Of a stretch of DNA of 64,000 nucleotides, positions 13,556 through 27,760 are shown piece after piece. The DNA comes from Eledone cirrhosa. Lineage: Eukaryota. Position 1 is the first letter of the stretch; the number at the start of each line of letters is the position of its first letter. Location of the stretch: positions 149,296,001 through 149,360,000 of the forward strand of contig OZ024742.1 in the NCBI GenBank assembly GCA_964016885.1, in the 5' to 3' direction. The position numbers and the translations under genes were made by a program. The notes beneath the pieces were generated by a model. That model did no database searches and was not told the DNA's origin. It was given only the letters and a program-made list of their open reading frames with translations.

Positions 13556-14186
13556 AATATAAATATATATGAGAAGTGTAAAATATATATGTATGCGTGG
13601 GTATGCGTGCATGTGTGTGTGTGTGTATATATATATAGAGAGAGAGATTAGGATTTTATCAATTTTAAACTATCAAGACCATTATTCAACAGAAGTCTCG
13701 ATACATACGTACATACATACATGCATTCATACATACATACATACATACATGATGGCTGCCCCCTCGTTATCGAGTATAGCCATTGCACGATATACCATTA
13801 TTAATAATTATTAATTAATTCTATCGTGCAATGCCTGTGCGTGAATATATTTTTCAAAGTGAGGAAAGACTGTGCACTGAGCCAATCCCACTCTCTGAGC
13901 AACAGTAGCTATAACCCGAAAAGAAGAAAAGATCAACATCATCGGTAACTACTGAGTCACAGGTTTTATATCGGAGTTATCCTAGTTTCCTGACTTGCCT
14001 TCTCCTAGAAGACTGTCCTGACAAAGGCTAGGAGTCCTTCACTCCCAGTGGTTTAAACGCGCGATCGGGTGTCCAGCCCGACTATTTCTATGTCTCCGCG
14101 CATATACATACACATGCACCCATGTATATACACGTATACATATACATACATATGTACATGTGTATATATACATATTTACACACTTT

Positions 14187-14375
14187 TGGATGGCCGTTGA
14201 CTCTTATAAGTTCTTCCGCCCTTTGTCAGGTTTTGTTTTTTGTCCTGCAGGGTGTCCAAAATCACCCTCCTCACCAAGTAAACTTGGTGGGGTTGTCGGT
14301 TACCGACGACCCGACCATGCGACAGGTTGTACTGGGTTACATGTTACCAGTAGCACTCAAGAGTGACCCGACATA
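14187..14375 (-). mobile_element. Partial inverted copy of family C repeat
   Basis: Reverse complement of about 4617-4800. Confidence 0.75.
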
Positions 14376-14579
14376 ACATACATACAATTGAAGCAAAGCA
14401 CCACAAAAATGCCATCATATATTACAAAAATAGAAAAAAAGATTGCTGACCAACGGAAACTATAGGATATTTGACAATGCTTTTCACATGCAAATAAAAA
14501 CAAACAAACAAAAAAATAAAAAAATAAAAAAAACACAAAAAAAAAACACACAAAAAAAAACAACATACTCCTCACCAAC

Positions 14580-15660
14580 AAAGGGTAAAAAATAGAATGT
14601 TTGGAGAAAATGCAACCAGAACTCTTCAATACAAGTTGATCATCCTCAAACATGATTGAGAGTTGTCAGCGAGAAACTTCGATACCAGAAGAGGGTGGCT
14701 GAAAGAAAAATAATTAATAAAATATTCATCCGAACCCAAACATCAGTCTATAGAGATTTGAGGGGCAAATCAAATGCCACTGAAGCTCCATCCTAGAAAG
14801 ACAGATTTCTTCTGAAGAAAAATATGAGGTGAAGAAAAGAAATTCAACCAAGATGCAGTGTGATTGAAAGAGATCCACACGAACTATTGCCCTTGCATTA
14901 CAACAAAAACATTCAGACTGTGATTAGAAAACTCCAAGATAAGAAAGCACCAGGGAGAGACCTGATTGTCGGCTACAGGTACAAAAAACTGACTTTCTGT
15001 CGGATGTATCTTATCACACTCTACCAGCAAGCTCTCAAGGGAGATACACATAAACCAAGTTGCTTGACAGTAGCACAAACAATATTGGACCCCAAGAACA
15101 AATACACCCACTTGGCAGAAAACTACCGACCCATTGCATGCGAGAACATAATGTATAAAATGTATACAGCCTGCTTGAGCTTGTTTCTCCAAGATCATTG
15201 TGACAGTAATAATTGTTTCTACTTTTGGCACAAGGCTAGCAATTATCCCAGTGCATTACTGGTGCTTTATTTTATCGACCCCGTAAGGATGAAAGGAAAA
15301 TTTAACCTCGGCAGGATTTGAACTCAGACCGTAAAGGGCCGTAGCTCTCTGCTGCAAAGCATGGTATCTGACCCTCTACCGATACTGCCAATCCGACAAT
15401 AATAATATCCTCACAGATGCAATGCGGTACATAAAAGACTGGTAACACGAATGAATATGTCCAGATAGGTGCAGTCCCCACTGGATGGTTACAGGGAGGA
15501 CAACGCTTGTGATAAAAGATAGAAGTAATGGGAATGCTGTGGGAAACTACCGCCCTATAGCATGCCTATATTCAAGCAATGTCTTTCTGGGAGAAATAGA
15601 AATTAAAAGAGGTATCTTCCAAGGGGACTCATTCTCACCATGATGATATTATGCACGCAG
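14580..15660 (+). mobile_element. Decayed R4/Dong-like non-LTR retrotransposon RT fragments, interrupted by a SINE
   Basis: [35 protein letters not shown] and [13 protein letters not shown] motifs. Confidence 0.75.
15208..15395 (-). mobile_element. tRNA-derived SINE (main octopod-type family)
   Basis: Conserved tcgaccccgtaaggatgaaagg..ggatttgaactcag body. Confidence 0.9.
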
Positions 15661-16462
15661 AAATGAAAGAAAATGTTAGGATATATTTAAAAAGAATAAA
15701 AATGAGGCTGGAAAATTTGGAGAAGCGAGGGGCGCCCTCCTAGGGTGCTCTTTGTGTGGTGAGGAGCGCTCTCCTAGGATGCTCATAGAGTGATGGGTGG
15801 TTTAGTATTAGTGCGGCTTCTGTGTTATCCCTAGGTGGTACTCCCCCCTATCGGTGGAATTTCATTGTTATATATTTTATTGAATCTGGAATCGAAAGCT
15901 CCTCAGATATGTGCTTTCACATGTAGACTGTGCTTTCACATGTATACTATGCGTATGTGTGTGTGTTTGTGTATGTGCGTATGTGTGTGCGTGTGTGTGC
16001 GGAAGTGTGTGTGTGCGTATGTGGGTGTGTATGCTGTATGCATATGTGTGTGCCTGTCTGCGTGTGTATGTATGTGTATGTGTGTGTGCCTATGGCAAAT
16101 GTTTAAGATATCAAAAACGAAGTATTCACTGACAATCACAATCACAATATACAACAAATTGCAGGAGGTTTAATAGTAATAAATAATACATATAAACGAA
16201 GTTTTTGAAGAAAACACCTGCCTAGTCTGGAATATTACTTTACGATGTCTTACTGATGAGTTTACGAAAAGATGCCAAGTCAACCATACGGGAAAATATT
16301 CACAGTCTGAGAAGAACTTTATAAATGCATATACCAGAGTAGAGGAATATCAGAATACATATTCTCATGTTCTACCAAAGAAAGAAAAAAAAAACCTTAT
16401 TAAAGTCTATTGCTGTAATAAGTGTTTGCGAGCGCAAACGTACTCATACATATTTAAATATA

Positions 16463-16543
<81 letters not shown>

Positions 16544-16571
16544 GTACACACACACACACACACACACACGC

Positions 16572-16604
<33 letters not shown>

Positions 16605-16636
16605 ACAAACACACACACACACCTCACATGACTAAA

Positions 16637-17230
16637 ATAATGGTTACTGATTTAGGCACAAGGTCAACAATTTTGTAATAGGGGCAAGTCGATTAAATCG
16701 ACCCCAAGTGCATTACTGGTACTTTATTTTAACGACTCCGTAAGGATGAAAGGCAGAACTAACCTTGGCGTATCAAATTCCGCTGAGGTTAGCTATGCCT
16801 TTCATCGTTACGGGGTCGATTAAACAAAGTACCTGTAATACACAGGGGGGCGATTTAATCGACTTTCCCCTCTTACAAAATTGTTGATCTTGTGCCTAAA
16901 TCCCGCCGAGGTTAACTTTGCCTTTCATCCTTACGGGGTCGATAAAATAAAGTACCAGTAATGTACTGGGAAATTGCTGGTCTTGTGCCAAAAGTAGAAA
17001 CAAATATTTTAGTCAAGGACGGATGATTGGCAGTGCTGATTGAGAGTCGGGCAAAATGCTTTACAGTTTTTAGTTACGACCATCTACGTTTTGAGTTCAA
17101 ATCCCACTGTGTTCAATTTTCCATTCCTCTTTGCTGCGGGGGTCGATGACCTTAAGGACTAGTTAAGTACTGGGGTCGATATAACTGTCTTTACTCTTCC
17201 TACAAATTGCTGGTTTTCTGACAATGTTAG
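16637..17230. mobile_element. Cluster of four SINE copies or fragments in mixed orientation
   Basis: Repeated SINE body; first copy on minus strand, next three on plus. Confidence 0.8.
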
Positions 17231-17589
17231 AAAGTATCATTTTAGTTTTTTGCTGGTCTCAGAATTTAAACTGCAATCATAATGGTACACCGCATTCAAG
17301 GAATTTAGTCGATTATATCAACCCTGTTACTTATTTTCTCTTTTCAAGTCTCGTAGTTATTTTAGCGACCTCTATTTGTGGAAATGCTTGTAAAGAAACA
17401 AGAGACGCGCACATATAGACAAGCACACTCACAGTTTCTGTCTATTTATTTTCATTCACATGTTATCGGTTAATACGATGCTATAAATGAAGACACTTGC
17501 CCAATGTGCTGCGCAATGGAAGTGAATCTGTCCTTAACCACACAGCTATAACTTCAGAATAGAGATAACTTTGAAATTAGAAAGCTTCT

Positions 17590-17885
17590 TCTCTTCTACA
17601 TGCCCATAGTATAGGAGCTGTGATCTCTCAATTTGAAGATGTAGCGGCTCTACCTGGAGTGACTTCTATTCGAGCGCTTCTATTCGCGATCGTATTCTTT
17701 CGGTCTTTATCTAAGATTCATGACCACAGGTAAGGGTTGGCACGAATGCCGAATTGAAGGTAACGAGTTTGACTTTTGCGCCTACCTCCCTTCTGATTGC
17801 TGAATGCTAAAGCTGGCGCATTACTACACCAGTTACTGCAATTTTGGCATTTAATTCAGCCCCCTGCCTTTCATTACCATCGTCG
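17590..17885 (-). mobile_element. RTE/Rex3-like LINE fragment
   Basis: Similar to 43450-43730. Confidence 0.7.
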
Positions 17886-18140
17886 CTAAAAAAATGTACC
17901 ACCCCTGTACTGAGTCAATTCTTCCTCTATATCTCTTTCTAATTTCCACTCTACCACTCTCGCTCTTTCCATCTCTGACGAAATCGGCTTTGTTCAAACA
18001 TGGATAGGGGGTGGGCTCCACCAGGTTTAGAAATGTCCAAGAAACGCCATATGTCACTATGGTGTCTCTACAACACCATCAGGAGTTACAGGTGCATGCA
18101 TACAATTTTCACGTGGTTGTATAAACACACACACACACAG

Positions 18141-18242
<102 letters not shown>

Positions 18243-18277
18243 ACACATCTCTCTATATAAATATATAAATGTAAGTG

Positions 18278-18315
<38 letters not shown>

Positions 18316-18316
18316 T

Positions 18317-18508
18317 TCGCTGGATTGGCAGTATCGGTAGAGGGTCGGACGCCATGCTTTGAAGCATAGAGTTACCTCCCTTTATGATCTGAGTTCAAAT
18401 CCCGCCGAGGTTAACTTTGCCTTTCATCCTTACGGGGTCGATAAAATAAAGTACCAGTAATGCACTGGGATAATTGCTGGCCTTGTGCCAAAAGTAGAAA
18501 CAATTATT
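18317..18508 (+). mobile_element. tRNA-derived SINE
   Basis: Full A-box/B-box head and family body. Confidence 0.9.
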
Positions 18509-18610
18509 TAATACAAGAAGGCAGTGCAGCATACTCGAAACTCTGGTTGCGGGCAAGCTAACGAGTGCTGTCGGGAATTGCCTCCACAGGACTAGAACGT
18601 ATGGAGTTAT

Positions 18611-18660
18611 CAGGAATGTACTGATGATTTCGAACGCTTGAAACAGTTCTAATCCTGTAG
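18611..18660 (+). ncRNA. Degenerate hammerhead-like motif (family shared with 39617 and 53587)
   Basis: CTGATGA..GAAAC-agttct..TC-ctgtag; stems imperfect. Confidence 0.4.
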
Positions 18661-18755
18661 AATCCATTTCTATATTAAATACAGATAATGATGTCCACGT
18701 TCTACTTATGTATTGAGTACCTTATGTACTGTGGTTAACCCCGATTTGACTCGGG

Positions 18756-18821
<66 letters not shown>

Positions 18822-19287
18822 ACACACAAATATATATATATAGAGAGAGAGATTTAGAGAAATAGATTGAGAGAGGGAAAGAAAGAGAGAGAGAGAGAAA
18901 GAGAAAGAGACGGAGAGAATAGACAGGTATATAGATAGATATCTTAGTCACTTCACTTCGGGTACATTTCTTGTATATATATATATATATATATAATATA
19001 TATAATATATATATATGTGTGTGTGTGTGTGTGCGAGTGAGTGCGGTAAGTATGTTACCTGATGCTTGTTACCTTAGAAATCCCTGTTTTTGCTATACTT
19101 ACAATGATACAACTATGTAAGCAGCCCCGAAAAAGGGTCGAAATCATTTTTGAAATCCGATACCTGAAAATGTGGAAAGGGTTGAGATGGCAGTGATGTT
19201 GATAGTGATGGTGATTATGATGATAATAGTAGATGTGGTGCTGGTGTTAGTGATGGTGATGGTTGTGTTTGTGGTTGGTAGTGATCA

Positions 19288-19780
19288 TTGTTTCTATTTT
19301 TAGGCACAAGGCCAGCAATTACCCCAGTGCATTACTGGTACTTTATTTTATCCCGTAAGGATGAAAGGCAAAGTCTTTGTCACATTACTGGTACTTTATT
19401 TATGTTATCGATCCCCGTAAGGATGAAAGGCTAAGTTAACCTCGGCGTCATTTGAACTCAGAACGTAAAGGTCCGTAACTCTATCCCACAAAGCATATTG
19501 TTCGACGCTCTACCGATGCTGCCAATATAACTGTTTCTACTTTTGGCACAAGGCCAGCAATTACCCCAGTGCATTACTGGTACTTTATTTTATCGACCCC
19601 GTAAGGATGAAAGGCAAAGTCTTTGTCACATTCTGTGTCACACTGAATCTCACTGAGAACTACTTTATGGGTACGTGTGTTTGTAGAATGCTCAGCCACT
19701 TGCACGTTAATTTGACGAGCAGGCTGTTCCGTTGACCGTATCGACTGGAACACTCTTCGTCGTAACCGACGGAGTGCCGT
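19288..19780. mobile_element. Tandem SINE fragments fused to the 3' part of a second SINE family
   Basis: Repeated SINE bodies (minus strand), then tgtcacactgaatctc..gacggagtgcc, also seen at 25030-25190 and 62160-62320. Confidence 0.75.
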
Positions 19781-20268
19781 AATTGGTGTTGGGGCTAGCA
19801 GTGGTGGTAGGGGTCGGGTTGGTTTGTAGTGATGGAGATATTGTTAGTGAGGGGCGTCCCACTATATGCTGATGATGATGATGGTAGTAAATGGTGATGT
19901 GCTGTCAAACATGTCGGCATGTGACTGCGGGTGGTGGCAGCAATGGTGGTTGGTAGGAATCATATTTGCGGCGGTGGCAGTGAGTGATGGTGGTAATGTT
20001 TGTGGTGGTGGTGGCGACGATAGAGTTGACGATGGGGGTGTTGTGGTGGCAGCGGTGAAAGTGGTAGAGATAATGATGGTGGGGGGGTGGGGTGGGGGTG
20101 ATTGTGATAACTGTGATGGTGGTGATGGTGGTGTGTGGGGTGATCGTGTCCTAGACAAAACTGGAGAACTGGGACACCTTGCTAACGTGTTTGCATCTCT
20201 GTCGGTCGTTTGATGTGTTAGATGCATATTTTGCGTAGTTGTGCGCTTGAATGTGTGCATGTGCGTGC

Positions 20269-20309
<41 letters not shown>

Positions 20310-20754
20310 TGTTCGTGTGTGTGTATGTGTGTCTATTTGTTGTGTGTGTGTCTATTCGTGTGTGGTGTGTATGCATATGTGTGTCTGTATATGTGTCCAT
20401 TTGTGAGTGTGTGGATGCTACTGAATGAGAGTAATGTGGTAGGTGATAGAAAGAGTAGCTAGTTTTAAGGAGGCTATACCTAGTTATATTAATAGCTACG
20501 TTTTACCTGTTTTAGAGCATAATCATCACTCACTCGCACACACACATATACATATTACCTGTACACACATACACATATCCGCTCACAATACACATATTAC
20601 CCGCACGCACAAACATACATATATGACAGATGTTTATGTAGGACCAGATCAAGCTAGTGCAGTGCTTATACTAAATGTAATGAAAGAGTCCCAAGATATA
20701 AATCTTGCTATTTTATAGAATTACAATTATTTTTATAGACCCAGCTATATCGAT

Positions 20755-21045
20755 AGACCTCCGTCGGTTTCGATGAGTTCAATCAACGGAACAGCGTACT
20801 CATGAAATAAAAGTGTAACTAGTTGAGTATTCCACGGTCACATGTACCCTTAATGTAATTTTCAAGAAGATTCAGTGTAACACAGTGTGTGACATGGTTG
20901 GTCTTTTGAATTACAGTTTCCATCTTACAAGACATGGACCAAACCGAGGTTATGGTAAATGACACTTGCATAATATGCCAGCAGTGGGGATCGAACCCCA
21001 GACCTAATAATTGTGATGCTAACGTCTCAACCATTCGGCCGTGTT
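20755..21045 (-). mobile_element. Second tRNA-derived SINE family, diverged
   Basis: B-box gggttcgatccc on minus strand; body similar to 62018-62320. Confidence 0.6.
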
Positions 21046-21303
21046 GCGTCAATACTCAACTGTATATGCGAAGGAACAATATATACAGAACAGCTAGCAT
21101 AGCGGGAGTAATCTCCAAACAAACAAACCTTTCACTATTTATTATTTTATCCAAAGCTGCTAGCTTTTGTGTTTCAGACGATGGTTTAGACACGGTAAAT
21201 TATGTGGCAAATTTGAATGGGTGGACCCATCAAAATATAGATTCTGATTTCGTTTTAAACAAAGTTTAAATGCTACTTGTATTTCGCATTGCTGCGTAAT
21301 TAA

Positions 21304-21530
21304 CCCTTTTGATACCAACCCGACCAAAACCAACTTTGGCTCTACGAGACAAAGCCTCCCATTTTAAAGAGTTCCTATTTAAATTAAAATCTTTCAACAT
21401 ATTTTGTATAAGAATCACATGTTAAGTTACGGATTTGTCAAGAAATAATTAACAATTTTAAATCCCTCAAAATTCTTCATTAATTAACTGAAATAGAGTG
21501 TGTTTCATTAAAAATATGGCCAGGAAAAGG
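21304..21530. mobile_element. piggyBac-like MITE
   Basis: TTAA flanks with imperfect TIRs ccctttt..acca / tggc..aaaagg. Confidence 0.55.
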
Positions 21531-21839
21531 TTAAGGAACTAAAATGCACAAGTTGAATATTCTCTCCTGATACAGCATCTTAATACACTGTAAATTTGTT
21601 TTTGTGATCTAATATTAATTTAAACTTAACAGGGTATATAGGAAAACATATACGATATGTTTATGTACAATAAACACACGAGAGCCTGCCTATTAAATAA
21701 AAAATATTTTTTCGTTATGAAAAAAATATTTTTCTCTTTTGTTCTGTGAACATGTCACATACCTCCCAGTACCCGTAGAGAATATTAGATAGCTGTTACA
21801 AGATTAATTAATTGAATTTTGTTATTTATATTATAGTGG

Positions 21840-22233
21840 CATGAGGGCCTCTTGGTTCACTCAGGGGGTCAAGGATGCCATCCCAGCGGGGAAGGAGGCT
21901 CGCAACAGAGACAGTGAAGGTGTCCAATGTTAAGACATGGGAGGACTTTGGGGTTAAGCTGGAATCCGATTTCAGATGAGCAAATAAAGTGTTCTGGCAG
22001 ACCATCAGCCGACTTCGTAATAAGAAGTTCTCTTCCACACCCAGGGGTAGACCCCGAGCAAGATGATTGGATAACATCCACGAGTTGGCTGGTCTCGCTT
22101 GGTGATCCAGCTGGATCAGTTGGAGACGGTTGCTTCTGATAGGACCCTCTAGAAGGAGTGTTTCAGGACTCTACTCCCACGACCCTCCCAGGAATATGTG
22201 GGCGAAGAAGAAGAAGAAGAAGAAGAAGAAGAA
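21840..22233 (+). mobile_element. Internally deleted RTE/Rex3-like LINE with (GAA)n tail
   Basis: WEDFGVKLESDF..KVFWQTISRLR joined to PRGRPRAR 3' region; (GAA)n tail. Confidence 0.8.
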
Positions 22234-22516
22234 AGTGTTATAATTTTGATTAACAGTATATGGACAAAGTAGAAACTCTACACAATAAAATGTTTTTACC
22301 TGTTTAATAATTCAAATTTGATTTAATGGGAATTGTTAGCATTACGATGTCTAATATATTTGTAACAATCTGATCTGTTTAACAGATAATAACTATGCTT
22401 GAATATTTTATGATGAGTTTAATGCATTGAATTAAAGAAATAGAATAGCAAGTCTGTTAATTAACCTCCAACAAAAGTAAAGTAAGTCTGCTCATTCGAT
22501 TTGGTTATTGTAATTT

Positions 22517-22690
22517 CAGACCTGTCAACACTCCCCGTCCGACGGAGAGATATCCCACCCACTATGGGGTTGGGTGAGAAATGTCTTCGCTTGTGAAAAT
22601 AGGTATAGCTTTCATTTTGCCTCATTTCTCCCCATTTTGTCTCATTTTCATGGTACTCCCCGTTTGGGTTTTAGAGCTTGGCAGGTCTGA
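22517..22690. mobile_element. MITE with CAGACCTG(T/C)CAA terminal inverted repeats
   Basis: TIRs seen; copies at 25418-25805, 32305-32451 and partial at 54235-54280. Confidence 0.75.
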
Positions 22691-23450
22691 GGTTTGGATT
22701 AAATATTAAGCAAAATATGCACATGTTTAGGGTGTCAAGGAACGAGAGGCACGATTTTATTCAAATTAAAGGTATCACCCCCTTCCCCCACCATTTATTT
22801 TGGAGGCTTTATATATAAGAAAGGGCTCCTTAATTTCTAAAGTGCTTAGGGCTTCAAAAGGAGTTAATCCATCCCTGAAAGTGTAGTACTACAGTAATAG
22901 ATCAAGTGCAGAATTGTTGATTTGGAATTGATAGCTTGTAAGCATTTAAAGTAGTGATTCTGGGAAGTATTTCGAGTATTGGATCAACTTTAAACATACA
23001 CTCGTTTATGAGCGTTGAAGGAGGCATAGTACTATAGTAATAAAGTAGTATCTCGGGCCTATGGCACTGCGGGTTCCATAGTATATGTTATTCTTGCTAC
23101 GATGTTAACTCGGCATTGCGTATATAGACACAGACCAATACATTACCGTTATCACTATTCATGTTACATATACACACATATACAACTATGTAGTAAGTAT
23201 GTAAGTTTAAATAGACAGATAATTAAATAGAATGCTAGTTAGCTTGCTACCAAGCTGACTACCTAGCTAGCTACGTAGCCAGCTACCTAGCTAGCTATCT
23301 CGCAAGATATATAGCAAGATATATAAATTGGCAAATAAAACGTTAAAGATAGGTGGATAGGTAGACGTGGGACACACAGATTGGTAGATACTCAGATAAA
23401 CGAGATGGAAAGTCAAACAAATTAACAACAATATTTAGATAAAGTAGATT

Positions 23451-23529
<79 letters not shown>

Positions 23530-23943
23530 AAATAGACTGATAAATATATTGAAAAGCAGAGACATGCGTATAGAGTGATAGACATATAGACAGACATATA
23601 GCAAGAGGGAGAGAGAGAGGGAGAAAGAAAGAGAGTGAGAGGGAGAGAGATAGAGATAAATAGATAGATAGATAGATAGATAGAAAGAGAGAGAGAGAGG
23701 ACAGGGTAGAGAGACAGACAGTTAGAAAATCTGGTAATTAATATTTCTCAAAACTACTTAAAAATATATTTGTTTCTCTCTATGTTATGTTTTGTAATCA
23801 ATATGTTTCTCTTTCTATTAATTACGTTAAATCATCATGAGCAAAAATACATGCAGTGATACATCTAATACAACGACTAGGAAAACTGTTTCCACTGAGT
23901 CTCCTCTGGTTTCCACTTTTCATTTTATATTATTTACTACTTA

Positions 23944-24130
23944 CGGTGAATTGGCAGTATTGGTAGAGGGTCAGACATGCTTTCAAGCGTAGTTATGTCC
24001 CTTTACAATCTGAGTTCAAATCCCGCCGAGGTTAACTTTGCCTTTCATCCTTACGGGGTCGATAAAATAAAGTACCAGTAATGTACTGGGTTGTGCCAAA
24101 AGCTGGCCTTGTGCCAAAAGTAGAAACAGT
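23944..24130 (+). mobile_element. tRNA-derived SINE
   Basis: Family consensus. Confidence 0.9.
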
Positions 24131-24224
24131 TATTTACTTCTTAAAACAATCTTTGCTTGTGGAGTTTAACGTCTGGTGCAGACTTTTGCTTTTTGCAGCA
24201 TGATTAATTGCAAATCTAAACGTT

Positions 24225-24400
24225 GAGGCCTTAGTTGTACTTGGCCGCCCGCACTGTCGAGCTCCTCTGCAAGATCGGAACGTCAGCGGCCCGTCTGAGG
24301 AAGGAATCTCATGAGGTGGGGTGGCTGTTGCAGCGGGTGTCGCTGGCTATTATCCATGGTAATACTTTTGAGGTCTTGTTCGCGGCGCCCAGAGCCCATC
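24225..24400 (+). mobile_element. CRE-like non-LTR retrotransposon C-terminal fragment
   Basis: EVGWLLQRVSLAIIHGNT matches the LxQRxSxAIxRGN motif; related fragment at 40610-40740. Confidence 0.65.
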
Positions 24401-24839
24401 ACCCAACATCTCCCCCCTCCCCAGTCTTCTGTGACACTAGAGCCCTTGTCTTTCCCTCCCTTTTCGTTTTTTTTTTAAATTATATATTTTCTTATTTTAC
24501 ATTCTATTATTTCTTCTCAATCCATTTTTTTCTTTTTCATATTCAGTTCTATTTACTTTTGTTATATTTTGTGATAACGTTGTATACGATATAGTTATGG
24601 TGAAAGCATTGGCGAGAAACCGACCAACCGGTCCATTAAAAGTATCAAAGATAAACTATTGCTTATTCATAAAGATACATAACTAATTTTTGTCTGGGGG
24701 ATTATAATTGATTAAATCGATCTTAGATGCTAGAAGAGCTGGGGCTTGTCTCCGGTTTCATATAACTTTAACCGTATGCGACGTAAATATTACATTGTAT
24801 ATTAACACTCTATTTATTGTAATTAACTTTACTCATCGG

Positions 24840-25190
24840 AACGAAACATAATCGAATGGTTAAGAAGTTAGCTTCACAGTTATTAGGCTCCGTTCTCGAT
24901 TCCGCTGCATACCATCTTGGGTAAGTGTCATTTACCATAGCCTCGGATCCACCCAAGCCTTGGGAATGAAATTGTGCAGATGGAAACTGTTTGGAGGCCA
25001 GTCGGATGGACAGTACCCATCATTAAAAGGCCAACCCTGTCACACAAAATGTCACACTGTATCTCTCCGAGAATTACGTTAAAAGTACACGTTTCTGCTG
25101 AATACTCAACTACTTACACGCTAGTTTCAGGATCACGCTGTTTCGTAGATCAAACAACTGGAACTTTCCTCGTCGAAATCAACGAAGGGA
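24840..25190 (+). mobile_element. Second SINE family copy
   Basis: tRNA-like head, cttgggtaagtgtc domain and shared 3' body. Confidence 0.6.
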
Positions 25191-25417
25191 CACTTTACTC
25201 ACCGGAGAATTTGAACATGGAGTTGTAAACCAAAGAATATTCGTTACATTTACTGAACTTCTGCAGCATACAACAAGGAATCATACCGTCTTAGTTTGTG
25301 TCGATCCGAATCTACACGGAAAAATCATTTGCCCAAAGCGTGATGCGGAGAGATCGAATCAAGGACTCCATAAGTGCAAAACACTACACACACTAACACA
25401 CATCGACAACAACACAT

Positions 25418-25805
25418 CAGACCTGCCATTCTCTAAAAACTCAAGCGAGAGTACCATGAAAAAAAAGTGCCCAACACGAGGAGAAATGAGGCAAAATGGG
25501 GAGACTTTACATAATTGTTTCTACTTTTTTTGGCTCAAGGCCAGCAATTACCCAGTACATTACTGGTACTTTATTTTATCGACCCCGTAAGGATGAAAGG
25601 CAAAGTTAACCTCGGCGGGATTTGAATTCAGAATGATAAGCGCCGTAACTCTATGCGTCAAAGCATGGCGTCCGACCCTCTACCGATACTGCCAATCCAC
25701 CGCCCTAATGAAAGCGAAATCCATTTTCACAAGAGAAGACATCTCTCACCCACCCCAAAGTGGGTGGGAGATCTCCCCGTCGGACGGGGAGAGTTGACGG
25801 GTCTG
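25418..25805. mobile_element. CAGACCTG MITE interrupted by a SINE (25512-25705, minus)
   Basis: Inverted copy of 22517-22690 split by a SINE body. Confidence 0.8.
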
Positions 25806-26457
25806 ATACATACAAATAAAATCTCGTAGTCTGAATGCTGCGAGTGATTAAAAAAAAACCATCATTACAATTTAAAGACCGAAACACCATTTTGGTGCAT
25901 TCAGGTAATGATAAACAATTCAAGGAGAGAATCCCCAAACCTAAGGTGGTCCAAGTCTTTTGGAACAATTTAAAGTAATGCAGCGGCAACAGCAAGATTG
26001 ACTCTTCCGTATATAGGCACTAAATCTAAGAAGTGTAGTGGGATGTGGCTCTTCTGACGTAACATTATATGTAACAAAAGTGATGTGAAGTGGAATAGCT
26101 GTAAACGAGAATAGAAACCGAGCGACATATTCCAATCGCCTGTAACTTACCTCGACTTAACAGCAGACATTTCAATGGTGTTATAGTAGTATAAAAATAG
26201 AAGAAGCCATATGTAATTACACACTGTAACACTTTATGAATGTATGAACTATGAGAATGAGTATAGATTGGAGTTCTTCGAAATGGCGTTTTAGATAATT
26301 TACGGTCTCTCTCTCTCTCTCACTCTCCCCCTCCCTCTCCCCCCCCTCTCTCTCTCTCTCTCCCTCTATATATATATATATAAACACAGATACATCCACA
26401 CATACACACACTCATACGTATGTATACATATGTACGTACGTACTTAAATACATGCAC

Positions 26458-26564
<107 letters not shown>

Positions 26565-26754
26565 CTGTATGCATATATATATGCCGGTTGAGATGGTTCA
26601 CTAAAGCTATAGTTATGTGCAAAATATTGTTTTTATCCTGGCATTAAGATAAGAATTAACGAGGCATAAGTGTAAATGAATGAAAAGCTGCAAAGAAATA
26701 GAAATTGTTATTGCCAGGAAAAGTTGGCATACATAAACTGAAAATATACAACAA

Positions 26755-26856
26755 TGGTAGTAATAGTAGTAGTAGTAATAGTAGTAGTAGAAGTAGCAGT
26801 AGTAATAGTAGTAATAGTAGTAGTAGTAGTAATAGTAGTAGTAGTAATAGTAGTAA

Positions 26857-26887
<31 letters not shown>

Positions 26888-26889
26888 TG

Positions 26890-26934
<45 letters not shown>

Positions 26935-26938
26935 AACA

Positions 26939-26997
<59 letters not shown>

Positions 26998-27007
26998 AAC
27001 AACAACA

Positions 27008-27042
<35 letters not shown>

Positions 27043-27043
27043 A
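26755..27043. repeat. (TAG)n followed by (CTA)n, a self-complementary microsatellite
   Basis: Strand switch near 26889. Confidence 0.9.
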
Positions 27044-27184
27044 ATGATAGTGAGAATTTACAAAAAATTGAAAAAAATTGAAAACGTTTAAACAAATAAA
27101 ACAGATAACAATAAACAATAAATTGAGAACAATAAAAATTCCCCAATTGGGGGGGGGGGGGGCGACGACGACGACGACGACGAC

Positions 27185-27760
27185 CACTTAGGGGTAACTT
27201 AGGGGTCTTCCAAAAGGTCCCTCTTCTCTCGAAACTCTCCAGCCCACAGCCGCATGGTCGGAGTAGGCTCACCCACTCGGGCCATTCTCGCTACATTCAC
27301 CCACCTTTTAACAAATGTACTGGTGGTGGTAGTGGGGGGGGGGGTACTTCCTTCTCCACCCTCACCTTCCTTTCCAAGTAGAAGTTGAAAAAGTTGATGA
27401 GGGCTTGGCAGAAGAGGAAAGTGTCTATCTTTAGTTCTTTCAGCCGCGTCCACCACACAACCTCTTCCATTACAGCTACCAGACAGCTACCAGACAGAGA
27501 AAAACTGCCTACCCTTCCCGACCAAATGAAGGCGGCGGTGCGATCTTCATAATGGACTCGGCCGATAGCTGGATCCACCCGTATACGCCATAATAGCTGT
27601 TCGACGAAACTCCGTAGGACAGCAATGCTTCAACACAGGAGGTGTGTGTGGAGAACGGTTTCACGATCCTGCGTACATCGCGAACAGGTTCGTCTGACAG
27701 CACTTACGAGCCTGTAGAGTTTGTCTCGAACAAGCCAAGGATTTCTGGAAATTGTCCATA
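27185..27760 (-). mobile_element. L1/Tx1-like LINE 3' fragment
   Basis: 27410-27760 aligns by eye with 10180-10530. Confidence 0.7.

Noticed and set aside
16250-16275. CTGATGA-gtttac-GAAA core
   Set aside because: No stem III, cleavage triplet or stem I follows; likely chance
25941-26140. Possible terminal exon on the minus strand
   Set aside because: No recognisable homology and weak splice context
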